From: Candidatus Omnitrophota bacterium | GTDB lineage: Bacteria > Omnitrophota > Gorgyraeia > Zapsychrales > Zapsychraceae | Assembly: GCA_050250375.1 (NCBI GenBank) | Contig: JBFWOS010000001.1 | Coordinates: 219,346 to 283,345, forward strand | Length of the DNA: 64,000 bases | Direction: 5' to 3' | Shown: piece by piece, positions 19,730 to 29,511 of the stretch | Layout of the letters: each line of letters opens with the position of its first letter | Numbering within the stretch: position 1 is the stretch's first letter | Translations under genes and position numbers: made by a program | The notes under the pieces: model-generated | Told to the model about the DNA's origin: nothing | What the model saw: the letters and a program-made list of their open reading frames with translations, nothing else | Database searches by the model: none

Positions 19730-20749
19730 TTAATTGAGGGCACGCCCCAGCTGTTTGGAAACACACTCTGCCCATTGATTATTCATATCGGCGTTCGGAT
19801 GCCCATCGCCAGGCAGACCGTACTCACTGGTCATTAGAGGACATTGAAGAAAATTGATGCCATGTGACAAAACAAAATCAGAATACTGAGCATATTTCTG
19901 TGCATCGGCCTGAAGAATAAGCACAGAGAACTTGACTCCTTGTTCACGGCAATAACGATCCATATCTAACAACAAAAATTCCAGCACCTTGTCTTTATAC
20001 CGCTCTCTCCTTCGGGAAACAATCTGCATCACAGCTTTAAGAATCAGCCGGGGCATGACAAATTTCGAAACTGCCCGGCTATAGGGATACCCCAAAAAAA
20101 TCTCCGAATGAAAATCCATCCCGTCCACTGATTTGATATACGGAAACCTCACCTTACCCGAATGCGCCCTAAGTACAAAATCCTCCACCCATGAAGCAGC
20201 CGCGACATTCCGCTCTTCATGTTCCTGAATCAATCCGTAAATAACCAGCCGGGCACCCGTCGTCTTGGGTATAATTTCTTTCATATATAAACTTGTCTGG
20301 TATGTGCCATACCCCATAACACCATAATTCCGGACTGTAATATCCGGTTGGTTTTCCTGAAACTTCCAGGACAGGGTTTCATCATCATCAAGCCCCTGTC
20401 CAAAGACGAAAGACCCTCCCAAAAAAAACACCGACTGTTCCGCGGACCTATCGGAACCGCCGGTATCCCTGCCACGCAATTCATGTAAGGTATACTGGAT
20501 CCCTTTCTCCCCTTCCGCAGTAAAAACGTCATAACTCCCGCTCCTCAGCCTCCATCCCAATGTATCATCCAAAGCTATCATGTTCAGCTCGCGGAACGGC
20601 CCCTCGCCCGGATTTTTGAAAAATTTACTCCCCATAAAAAACTCGACACACAAAAAGAAAATAATCACCGCTATACCTATAACAGCGCAATAAACACCCA
20701 GATGATTTCTGAGTAAAAGAGCCCGAACTTGTCTGTTTTTATTGCCCAT
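19730..20749 (-). CDS. SGNH/GDSL-like hydrolase with an N-terminal transmembrane anchor
   Basis: FFLGGSFVFGQG is a GDS-block variant. GDGHPN near the C-terminus is the DxxH block. Confidence 0.5.
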   Translation of the reverse strand: MGNKNRQVRALLLRNHLGVYCAVIGIAVIIFFLCVEFFMGSKFFKNPGEGPFRELNMIALDDTLGWRLRSGSYDVFTAEGEKGIQYTLHELRGRDTGGSDRSAEQSVFFLGGSFVFGQGLDDDETLSWKFQENQPDITVRNYGVMGYGTYQTSLYMKEIIPKTTGARLVIYGLIQEHEERNVAAASWVEDFVLRAHSGKVRFPYIKSVDGMDFHSEIFLGYPYSRAVSKFVMPRLILKAVMQIVSRRRERYKDKVLEFLLLDMDRYCREQGVKFSVLILQADAQKYAQYSDFVLSHGINFLQCPLMTSEYGLPGDGHPNADMNNQWAECVSKQLGRALN

Positions 20750-20814
20750 AAAATATACCCTTCGTGTTCTATAAGAAAATTTAGTTTATCATTAAACGTG
20801 AACGGAGAAAATAA

Positions 20815-21045
20815 TTAATAGGGACGGAGGTGATTTATTGAACAAACGCTAAAAGCAGGGTGCGACCCTATTTATTCAACGTTAAACGTTACACGTTACT
20901 CCTTAAACCCCATTCTCCCTCTTCCCTCTTTTTCCATTATCACACCCCCCATCAATTAATTTGCACAACAGTCAAAATTCTTATCCCTTATCACTGCTTT
21001 CGATCCCTGATCACTGATTAGGGCGCTGTCCCGTATCTTAATCTT
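20815..21045. repeat. About 230-bp direct repeat, copy 1
   Basis: It is near-identical to 21905-22140: ...gggacggaggtgatttattgaacaaacgctaaaagcagggtgcgaccctatttattcaacgttaaacgttacacgttactcc...ttatcccttatcactgctttcgatccctgatcact. Confidence 0.6.
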
Positions 21046-21053
21046 GTTCGTCA

Positions 21054-21878
21054 CTAATCCAAAATCACAGCCCTCAGATCACTGACCGCACCCTTCGTTC
21101 CCGCATCCCTGATCTCCGATCCCTTGATCCACTGCCCCCCGTTCTGCTCAATTTTTTGAATCACGGCCGGCTGATCAGGGTCAAGCTCCAGGGATTTCGC
21201 CCAATACTCCATGGCCTTTTCAGGGTTGTTCATGGACCGGTAAACGTCCCCCAGATGATCACTGATGGCCGGGTCTTTATACAGACGATCAGCTTTTTGT
21301 AAATTCGCGAGGGCCAGGTCTTCCCGTCCCTGTTTATAATAAGCCCAGCCCAAACTGTCATAATAGGCGCCGTTCCCGGGCCTCAACCTGATGGCCTTTT
21401 GAACCATTTCCGTCGCCTCCGCCAGGTTCACGGACGCGTCGATATACAAATACCCGAGCGTGTTGAGCGCGTCGGGGTTGTTGGGAGAATACTTCAGGGA
21501 CTTTTGAATCGTTTTGACGGCCTGGTCCTTCTGGCCGGTCTCCATATAAAGATAACCCAGCTGATATAAAGCGTGTCCGTCTTTTGGTTTTAATTCACAC
21601 AACCGGACGAATACGGCCAGAGATTCGTCGTACTTTTTTCGTTCATAATACGCCTGGCCCAATAAAATAAGTGCCTCCGTATCGTTGGGATACTTTTTCA
21701 GGTGTTCGGTTAAGACAAACTCCATGGTCTCCACCGCCTTTTCCATATCGCCCCGCTGGGCGTATTCTTTGGCGGCCATATAATCAAAATAAAGTTCCGG
21801 AGAATATCGATCCATCGTCGAAACGCAGCCCGTCAATGACACCGTGCCCAGGAACAAAATGAAAATTTTACAACGCAT
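21054..21878 (-). CDS. TPR-repeat lipoprotein
   Basis: The lipobox is SLTGC. Multiple TPR motifs are present: AYYERKKYDESLAVF, LGYLYMETGQKDQAVKTIQKSL and LGWAYYKQGREDLALANLQKA. Confidence 0.8.
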   Translation of the reverse strand: MRCKIFILFLGTVSLTGCVSTMDRYSPELYFDYMAAKEYAQRGDMEKAVETMEFVLTEHLKKYPNDTEALILLGQAYYERKKYDESLAVFVRLCELKPKDGHALYQLGYLYMETGQKDQAVKTIQKSLKYSPNNPDALNTLGYLYIDASVNLAEATEMVQKAIRLRPGNGAYYDSLGWAYYKQGREDLALANLQKADRLYKDPAISDHLGDVYRSMNNPEKAMEYWAKSLELDPDQPAVIQKIEQNGGQWIKGSEIRDAGTKGAVSDLRAVILD

Positions 21879-21904
21879 TGATTCCCCTTTAGATTACCAT
21901 TAGA

Positions 21905-22140
21905 AAATAATTAGGAATAATTAGGGACGGAGGCGATTTATTGAACAAACGCTAAAAACAGGGTGCGACCCTATTTATTCAACGTTAAACGTTACACGTT
22001 ACTCCTTAAACCCCATTCTCCCTCTTCCCTCTTTTTCCATTATCACACCCCCCATCAATTAATTTGCACAACAGTCAAAATTCTTATCCCTTATCACTTA
22101 TCCCTTATCACTTATCCCTTATCACTGCTTTCGATCCCTG
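21905..22140. repeat. About 230-bp direct repeat, copy 2 (with a tandem ttatccc expansion)
   Basis: It matches 20815-21045. Partial copies occur at about 26290-26370 and about 27850-27900. Confidence 0.6.
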
Positions 22141-22141
22141 A

Positions 22142-22606
22142 TCACTTCTTCAACGTATTCAAATATTTTTGATATTGTTCCTGCTGATCCGCCCACCGAG
22201 TTAGTATCTTATCAAAAGCATCTATTTGTTTTTTCTGTCTTTCCAAATTCATTTCTGTTTTCTCTAACTGCAGCTTACTCTGTTCCATTTGCCGCTTTTG
22301 CTCTTCTAATAGCAATTTATATTCCTTTTCTAATAGCCTGCCTGATTCTAAATGTTTCCTGGTCTCTTCTTGTTGTCGCTTTGCCTCATTCATTCTAGTG
22401 TTATAATCTTCCACTTGCTGTTGATAGATCTTTTTACTTTCTTGCTGCCTTATTTCATTCTCCCTCACCTGTCTGTCATATTCTTCCACCTGCCTTTCAT
22501 AATCTGATTTCTGAGTTTTCCCTTCAGCATGCACGTTGAAACATATTGTTGCCGCAAAAATTATTAAGAAAATCCCGCCGGATAAATTTTTTATACCCTT
22601 GTTCAT
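22142..22606 (-). CDS. Secreted coiled-coil (Q/E/K-rich) hypothetical protein
   Basis: There is a signal peptide followed by heptad-like QQ/EE/KK repeats. The gene is AT-rich. Confidence 0.5.
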   Translation of the reverse strand: MNKGIKNLSGGIFLIIFAATICFNVHAEGKTQKSDYERQVEEYDRQVRENEIRQQESKKIYQQQVEDYNTRMNEAKRQQEETRKHLESGRLLEKEYKLLLEEQKRQMEQSKLQLEKTEMNLERQKKQIDAFDKILTRWADQQEQYQKYLNTLKK

Positions 22607-22678
22607 ATGTCTCCTTTCGATGGTGGTAATCGTTTCCCTTTGAAATTCATATAAGCTTTTGTGAAAAATTCCGGGATT

Positions 22679-23866
22679 TCATGGGGCAAACCTCTTCATT
22701 TTCTCTTTGTCATCATCATATAAGACCAGTACAACAGGCCTGTCCGCCCCGACTTTGTCCAGCCGGCTCTGCAGATCGGCGAAATGCTCGACAAGGTCTT
22801 CATCATCCCAGTATTCCTTATATACGAGCAGCTGGTATTCATACACCTGCGTCTTTTCCTGCAGGCGGATGATCCACTCTTCTTCCTCTTCAAACAATTT
22901 CGCGCCGCGGCTGGCCTCGATGATGCGGTGCACCGCGTCATACTTCATTTCCGGCGGATAATAAATAGTGTTGTCATATTCACCAAAAACGACCGACTCT
23001 CCCTCAAAATACGGAGCGGTCCATAGTGAATAAGCCCCGGTGATCATCAGCGCCCCGGAAACAAAGACAGCCAGCGCAAGGCTTTTTCGGCTGGGGACAT
23101 CCGCGCGGTCATCGCGGGAATCTGTGCGCTGAATATCCGGACGGCCCACGGGCCTGGCCAGGTCAAGACGATCCGTTATATCCGCGTAAAAAAGACAGAT
23201 GCCGACAGACCAAAGCGCACCCAGAAAATTCCACGGAATACACAACAGGGCCCCCTGCAGGGGCGATTTCTGTTCCGGGAGTAAAACGGCCAACCCCAGT
23301 GACCCGAAAATATAGATCACGAAAGCCAACAATCCGAATTTAAAATAACGCAGGCACTGGCCCTGCATACAGGTTTCACTCTTGGACAGCGCGTCGGAAA
23401 CGTCCAGATCATCAAAGATCAGGATTGGAGCAGCCATTGCCAGTTGACACGCCTTCTTGATCCCGGGAACAATCAAAAGTAAAACCTTCAAAAAAATCCG
23501 CTTGGCCGCAACCAGCAGGCACCCGAGCAGGTTCGAATAATAGCGGCCAGCCAGCGACATCACCTCACCTGGAGTAACCTTTTCCCGGTTAGACATCTTC
23601 TTGACCGTGACTATATGAATGGCAAAGATGTAACTGCCGACAAACAGTTCAACGATACCGGATATCCGGTAATAGATCCTCATCTGTTTCCAGAAATCAG
23701 TTTCCAGACGGGAAGATACCACCTCGTTGAAATAGTCAAAAGGAAAATAAATAAGCGCCGGGAGGATAAAAAAGATAAACGGATATTTGAGAACACAGGC
23801 CCACATATCCTGGTGAAGCTGGGCGAAACTTCTATTTTTCTGCGGCTGTTTGATGATTTGATCCAA
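22679..23866 (-). CDS. Polytopic membrane protein, hypothetical
   Basis: There are multiple hydrophobic helices and no catalytic motif. Confidence 0.5.
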   Translation of the reverse strand: MDQIIKQPQKNRSFAQLHQDMWACVLKYPFIFFILPALIYFPFDYFNEVVSSRLETDFWKQMRIYYRISGIVELFVGSYIFAIHIVTVKKMSNREKVTPGEVMSLAGRYYSNLLGCLLVAAKRIFLKVLLLIVPGIKKACQLAMAAPILIFDDLDVSDALSKSETCMQGQCLRYFKFGLLAFVIYIFGSLGLAVLLPEQKSPLQGALLCIPWNFLGALWSVGICLFYADITDRLDLARPVGRPDIQRTDSRDDRADVPSRKSLALAVFVSGALMITGAYSLWTAPYFEGESVVFGEYDNTIYYPPEMKYDAVHRIIEASRGAKLFEEEEEWIIRLQEKTQVYEYQLLVYKEYWDDEDLVEHFADLQSRLDKVGADRPVVLVLYDDDKEKMKRFAP

Positions 23867-24177
23867 ACTTCTTTACTCCTGTTTTCTTTTATTATCGCTG
23901 ATCACTGATTATAGTTCGTCCCTATTTATTGGATCTTTCAAATCATCATTCCGAGTAAAAAAACCGCCAAACCTAAATAGGAAATGACTTTTGCCATCGT
24001 AAATTTTTTAATATAGATGTTCGATATTCCCAGATAAGTTAATTTCTTAGAAACAATCAAATTCATCACTGTTACAAACCCCAAAAATAACGAATAAAGG
24101 AATTAAAGAGTATGCCCGCATCCCGGAAAATTTGTCCACTAATAATATTTTCTCTTCATTGGTCAATTCCTTGTTAT

Positions 24178-25083
24178 TCATTTTTTGTACTTATAGAATT
24201 CACCCTTACTGTTGCAGTATGCTTGCCGTAAATAAACCCCGATCTTATACTTCTGGGATACTTCATCAAACGTAGGAACAATCGAATATTCCCTCCGGTC
24301 AGTCACAATGCGCCATGGATCATTGTTTTGCTTTTTTCCAGTATAGCTCAACAAGATTTCCGGAGTAACCGTCTTGATTCCATCCAATTCGTTAATCACC
24401 TCGCCATTTTGCATACCGGCTTTTTCAGCCGGCTTATCCGGATATATATCAACCTGCGCCCCACACGCATCGTATTTCGTATGGAAATCGATCGCATTAT
24501 CTACATGAATCCCGATTGTGCTGAAGTATGGATTTATAATCACCGCCAATATTATCCAGGGCAACAAGCCCTCTCGCAGCCCTTCACGCCACCGGCAATA
24601 TACGTAATTCACAAGGGCAGCGAAGGGAAACAAATGCAATACCCCCTGCATAAATCCGACGGAGACGCCCCAAAGGGCTTTAACAATTTCCTGAGAACTT
24701 GCCCACAACCACCACGATCTCGTTTCATGACTAAAAACAAACAAGCAGACGCCAAGTATGGCCGTTATGGCTACACTGACTTTTATATTCGCCAAAGTCG
24801 GCCAGAAAACTTGATACAGGATATTTCTTTTACGGACAGACCATAACCCAAAGCCCACTCCGAAAAACATAATTACATATCCGAGCACCTCATAAATGGT
24901 AGAGTACGGCGAAAGTGTTTTATAATTGTAAATCTCCGACCACCATGCTAATGGAACTAAAAGCAGGGCTATGAATATTTGTGCTACCAGGCACCAGCCG
25001 ATGTACCCGCCCAGTGTGTACCTTAAAATTGTTTTTATCCTATTTTTCATATTTCGGGGACTGTTCCGTTCTCCCGTTCTCAA
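24178..25083 (-). CDS. Membrane protein with a C-terminal PDZ-like domain
   Basis: There are six to seven transmembrane helices. GMQNGEVINELDGIKTVTPEILL is PDZ-like. Confidence 0.5.
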   Translation of the reverse strand: MRTGERNSPRNMKNRIKTILRYTLGGYIGWCLVAQIFIALLLVPLAWWSEIYNYKTLSPYSTIYEVLGYVIMFFGVGFGLWSVRKRNILYQVFWPTLANIKVSVAITAILGVCLFVFSHETRSWWLWASSQEIVKALWGVSVGFMQGVLHLFPFAALVNYVYCRWREGLREGLLPWIILAVIINPYFSTIGIHVDNAIDFHTKYDACGAQVDIYPDKPAEKAGMQNGEVINELDGIKTVTPEILLSYTGKKQNNDPWRIVTDRREYSIVPTFDEVSQKYKIGVYLRQAYCNSKGEFYKYKK

Positions 25084-25088
25084 GTTAA

Positions 25089-25562
25089 TTAATCAGGAGC
25101 AATAACATTGAGAGGCAAGGTTGTATAAAGTGTTCCATTAATGAACACCTCTATCCTATATTCTCCCAGCGGATCACCAGGATGAAAATCATAACAAAAT
25201 GGCCGGATGCCCTGAGCATGCTCAATCGGGGTTTTTATTCCCGAAACAGCAGTGTTGGTATCATACTCTCGAAAAATTCCTGTCAAGTTCTTCGGCGTGG
25301 CAGGAAGATAATGCACCGAATATATTTCATAGGGTTCGTCATTGGGTGGATCAATGAGGAAACAAAACCCAGGACGTCTTGAAGGATCCATTGTGATCTC
25401 ATTAGTTTCGCGAAGCACGTCTTGATTTGCTGTCGCGCTCTCCATGATACCGACTTTAACCAGAAATTCCGATCGTTCTTTTACAGAAAGCGCCGATTCA
25501 TCGCAAAGGCTTGGGGCCGCGAATGACATTAAGATTATTGTGATTAGGATTTCTTTTATCAT
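25089..25562 (-). CDS. Secreted hypothetical protein
   Basis: There is a signal peptide. The conserved upstream motif lies at 25590-25650. Confidence 0.45.
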   Translation of the reverse strand: MIKEILITIILMSFAAPSLCDESALSVKERSEFLVKVGIMESATANQDVLRETNEITMDPSRRPGFCFLIDPPNDEPYEIYSVHYLPATPKNLTGIFREYDTNTAVSGIKTPIEHAQGIRPFCYDFHPGDPLGEYRIEVFINGTLYTTLPLNVIAPD

Positions 25563-25653
25563 TGTGCGTTATTTTGATAAAGGGAACGGGTCAGCTCAAG
25601 CCTCTTCAATTTCCCTCTGTCCCTTTTCGGGGACTATCCCGTTCTCCTGATAT

Positions 25654-26277
25654 TTAATTGTCTCCAAATCCAAACTCAGGACCATCCAGATTATCATCCT
25701 CGGGATCATTTCGATTGATTATCCGCTCCTTAAGAAGTATAAACTCTTCCTCGGTTATATCGCCGTTTTTCTTCAAGATACTGAGATTATTGAGCTGCGT
25801 GACGATCGGTAACCCATCCGAGCTGGGTAAATAGGCATTGCGCACATACTCGCGTTTTTGTTGCAACATGGCTACAACAAATAGATCCACTGCTTTTTGG
25901 GATGGATTATTTTTTAGCAGGGCGAGCTCGCGACTGCCTGTGGAAAACAGAATAAACGTTCGCCGTGAAAGCAGATACATCCCCACCGAGATTATGGTCC
26001 CGCTCGACCAAGCAATGAGATTCTCCTGCAAAGTGGCCGCATCCTTTCTTCCAAATCCGAACCACACACAGAGGACCAGGAACATCAAGCATATAGCTCC
26101 AGCGGTAAACCAGCCCTTGGAAGAAACACCCACCTCTACCGGATGAGCGGTCACTTCTTCGAAGGGTACGATATACCGGTGTGAAGAGAACCACCGCTCC
26201 AGATGCACGTTGACCCCGCCGCTGTCGACCTCAAATGTGTTTTTACCTGAAGGGTATTTTTGGACAAGTTTTTTCAT
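25654..26277 (-). CDS. Membrane protein with a C-terminal SHOCT-like motif
   Basis: There are two transmembrane helices. GDITEEEFILLKERII is SHOCT-like. Confidence 0.5.
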   Translation of the reverse strand: MKKLVQKYPSGKNTFEVDSGGVNVHLERWFSSHRYIVPFEEVTAHPVEVGVSSKGWFTAGAICLMFLVLCVWFGFGRKDAATLQENLIAWSSGTIISVGMYLLSRRTFILFSTGSRELALLKNNPSQKAVDLFVVAMLQQKREYVRNAYLPSSDGLPIVTQLNNLSILKKNGDITEEEFILLKERIINRNDPEDDNLDGPEFGFGDN

Positions 26278-26423
26278 GTTAGTTTTTCTGTTTTTTAATT
26301 AATAAATTGGGACGAAGGTGATTTATTGTACAACCGCTAAAAGCAGGGTGCGTCCCTATTTATTTCCAAACACTAAAGCAGGAGCCGTCACTAGTTATTT
26401 TATTTAAGAAACCCGTTCTTGCT

Positions 26424-27674
26424 CTATTCCCATGACAATCCTGCTCCATGGATTTTTAAATCAACATTGTTACTGGTCGTAATTTTATAACTCATCTCCG
26501 TATCTGTTGGTGTGGAAAGGGTCACAGTTCCCGTCAGAATACGCCGATTGTTTTCGAAATTACCCACATCGCTGAGGGCCACTTCATCCCATGTACCACC
26601 GTTATCCGAACTGATGTAAGCTTGGATATCGGGAGACCCTCCACCCACAGTTACAGGATCTATGTCTTCTTCCAAAATGACGATTTTTGCGTCTGTAGGG
26701 GCCGCTTCCGCATCGATTTGCTGAGATACCAGCGTCATATTACCGCCTGATGGTTGAACAAAATGTTGCCGTTCAATGGTGAACGGTTCTGTTGCAATAT
26801 TTATCGTATCAGTTTTATTGGAGTTTGGAGCGGCGTTATAAATATTTTGTGTCGACGCAAAGGCGTGATCAACATATCCATCCAGATATGAGCCCCCTCC
26901 TCCTGAGGAACTACCAATGTATATATGGGAGTTTTGTCCGATGGATTGAATCGTTCCGGTTGCGTATCCTGTTTGCTTGCCATTGAGATAAAGGCCCAGA
27001 TTATTTCCATCTCTGATAAAAGCCACGTGATACCATTCATCAGTGTTTAACGTCCCGGTCGAGGTCACGTAAACATTAGAACCATCATTGGTCATAGCGA
27101 ATATTTTACCATCGCCGGAGCTTTCTCCCAGCCGAATTTCCAGTTCATCGTTTCCGGAACCGATTCTTTGATGGAATATTTCCTGATACCCATCTGTATC
27201 ATTAAACCTTACCCAGGCCGCATAAGTAAAATCACCAGTAGCGGGACTAAGATTATTCCCGGAAGCGGTTACTTTAACATAATCCCCGGAACCGTCTAAC
27301 ATAAGGGATGTTACGCCTGACATTTGTTGACTGTCGTCAAGTCTGGCATTTCCGAAGAAGTCAACTGGATGACGCCGGACAGTCCGGTCAAAATCGCTTA
27401 CAGCATCATCATCGCCGTCAAAAGCCAGCCAAACAAGCATATTCGCGTTAGGAGCCCATGACTGTATTACATAATCAAAGTTAGTAGAATCGGTGGAATT
27501 GATAAAATAATCGGTGATGTAGGCGTCCATATATCCATCCTTAAACCGGGCCGCATCTATCCCAATAGCAACTGCCGTTCGATAAGCATTAAGACTGATA
27601 TTGGTGTCAACTTGTGCATATAATGGGGGCGATCCTAATAAAAACGCAATCCCTAAAATTATTATTTTTCGCAC
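26424..27674 (-). CDS. Secreted LamG/concanavalin-like jelly-roll domain protein
   Basis: There is a signal peptide. The LamG_3-like block is DFTYAAWVRF...WYHVAFIRDGNNLGLYLNGK. Confidence 0.6.
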   Translation of the reverse strand: MRKIIILGIAFLLGSPPLYAQVDTNISLNAYRTAVAIGIDAARFKDGYMDAYITDYFINSTDSTNFDYVIQSWAPNANMLVWLAFDGDDDAVSDFDRTVRRHPVDFFGNARLDDSQQMSGVTSLMLDGSGDYVKVTASGNNLSPATGDFTYAAWVRFNDTDGYQEIFHQRIGSGNDELEIRLGESSGDGKIFAMTNDGSNVYVTSTGTLNTDEWYHVAFIRDGNNLGLYLNGKQTGYATGTIQSIGQNSHIYIGSSSGGGGSYLDGYVDHAFASTQNIYNAAPNSNKTDTINIATEPFTIERQHFVQPSGGNMTLVSQQIDAEAAPTDAKIVILEEDIDPVTVGGGSPDIQAYISSDNGGTWDEVALSDVGNFENNRRILTGTVTLSTPTDTEMSYKITTSNNVDLKIHGAGLSWE

Positions 27675-27904
27675 GTTATCCTCCTTAATAATGATATGTT
27701 AGTAATACGTTAAAAATCACATTTTTTGTATGCACCTGGATCTCTTGACTCCGGTTTATCGTTCTTCGAAGAAAATTACTATCTCCTTTCCGGTACAGGT
27801 TCCATATGAAATTCCGCCAAGTGATGGAATTCTTGAAAACTGAGCAGGGAAGCTGAATAATTAGGGGCGGAGGACAAACACTAAAAGCAGGGATGCGTCG
27901 CTTA

Positions 27905-28162
27905 TTATTTAACTTCATCCAACAACAATTCATCTCCTCCCTGGCGTAAAATCCATCTTTTATGTTCAGGATCAACTTCATTCAATTCAATTTGAACCAA
28001 TCCATCTCCTCGGCGTTTTACACGATAAAAAATTAAAGGAACGGCCTCTCTTGTGGAACCAAAAGTGATTTCTGTATCATCTGAATATCCCTGAAGATCC
28101 TCTCTCAGCCTCCCTATAGTTATTCTGCTCTCTCTTTCTACCTGATCAGGATTCCTTTGCAT
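27905..28162 (-). CDS. Small hypothetical protein
   Basis: It is an 85-aa ORF. The overlapping ORF 27685-27981 contains a repeat fragment and is probably spurious. Confidence 0.3.
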   Translation of the reverse strand: MQRNPDQVERESRITIGRLREDLQGYSDDTEITFGSTREAVPLIFYRVKRRGDGLVQIELNEVDPEHKRWILRQGGDELLLDEVK

Positions 28163-28264
28163 TAAATCCTCCTTAATTAATCAATTTTATATAATTTCTT
28201 TAATGAAAAACGGCATTATTTTTCGACAATCGGCAATATTATATTTATTCTCATTCGAATACTC

Positions 28265-28672
28265 TCAGTACGGGAACCGATAAATTTTTGCCACCCATCT
28301 TTCATCTGGTGTAAATTCTAACAATAATTCAGCATCAAGTTGAGGCGGCCTTAACCCATTCAGATCTATTGTGTCAACGTGCACTTGACCCTTCGAATCC
28401 CACCACGTATTTAAGTCCTCACTATACCACCAATGAATGCGCACTTCCTCGGGAAAGGGCATACGATACATAAATGAACCCGCTGAGGCCCCTGCAGTAA
28501 GAATCCCGCAGGGAGGCTCGTATTTAAATCCTTCCAGTTTTCGAACGACAATGTCGCGGGAACTCGCGTTTTGGATCTTGATATTTCCATTAAACGTACC
28601 ACAGCCGGTCAGCAAAAAAGTAGACAGCAAAAAGATGAACGTATGTTTGAATTCGACTTTCGTAATTTTCAT
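28265..28672 (-). CDS. Lipoprotein, hypothetical
   Basis: The internal start is MKITKVEFKHTFIFLLSTFLLTGC, which contains a lipobox. The conserved promoter motif lies immediately upstream at 28690-28740. Confidence 0.5.
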   Translation of the reverse strand: MKITKVEFKHTFIFLLSTFLLTGCGTFNGNIKIQNASSRDIVVRKLEGFKYEPPCGILTAGASAGSFMYRMPFPEEVRIHWWYSEDLNTWWDSKGQVHVDTIDLNGLRPPQLDAELLLEFTPDERWVAKIYRFPY

Positions 28673-28748
28673 AACGGGTATATTTTGAAAGCACCAAGAC
28701 AGGTCAAGCCCCTTCAATTTCCCTCTGTCCTTTTCTACTTTCTCCTAT

Positions 28749-29300
28749 TTATTTTTCTGATCGAAAAACTGCATTAGTTCCTTTATTTTTCATAGTCTTT
28801 AGCAAATTATATAAACTTTTTGTTTCCTTGTAATATTCAATATTGTCGAAGAACCAGGCACGGTGCATTTCTAATATATCGTTAACCCATGGTTCAAAAA
28901 AAGACCACCCTTCTTTTTTATATTCATTGTTAAAAAGATCTTCAATATAACCACCAACCCACCTAACATATACTTCATACTCTATTTTCTTATCACCTTG
29001 AAAGGAATTCATATAAGTTGATGTTTTTGTTTTATCATTAAATTCTGGGTATTTAATTGACTCTTTCATAATGTCATTCCATACGCTAGTTAGATACATA
29101 TACTTCGTGTTTTTAGCATTCTCTCTAACCTGATAACAAGTAAAAAAAAATCCAAATAAAGTTAGTATGATAAAAATGATTTTGTTGTTTTCATTGACCC
29201 AAGATATAAATTTTTTTTTAAATTTACAGAGAATAATGAATATGACTAGCACAATCATTATTAGACTTTCTAAAAGATAATTCTGAAGTATGTATAACAT
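28749..29300 (-). CDS. Membrane protein with two transmembrane helices plus a soluble domain, hypothetical (island-associated)
   Basis: The internal start MLYILQNYLL is the likely one. The gene is AT-rich. The conserved upstream motif lies at 29345-29400. Confidence 0.4.
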   Translation of the reverse strand: MLYILQNYLLESLIMIVLVIFIILCKFKKKFISWVNENNKIIFIILTLFGFFFTCYQVRENAKNTKYMYLTSVWNDIMKESIKYPEFNDKTKTSTYMNSFQGDKKIEYEVYVRWVGGYIEDLFNNEYKKEGWSFFEPWVNDILEMHRAWFFDNIEYYKETKSLYNLLKTMKNKGTNAVFRSEK

Positions 29301-29511
29301 AGCGGCCTCTTTCAAATCACATATTTTTAGATTTAATAGAAAGAAACGGAAACAGTTCAAACCTCGTCAATTTCCCTCTGTCGCATTTGGGGGACTATCA
29401 CATTCTCTGCAGTGACCTGGCACAACGGGCTAACCGTTTCCTTCTTCCTTCTTCTTACTTCCCTCTTTTAACCAATCCTTCCCGCCAATCAACCCGTCCT
29501 GTCCCGTTCTC

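Noticed and set aside
27685-27981. A 98-aa minus-strand ORF
   Set aside because: It contains a fragment of the dispersed 230-bp repeat and overlaps the better small ORF at 27905-28162.
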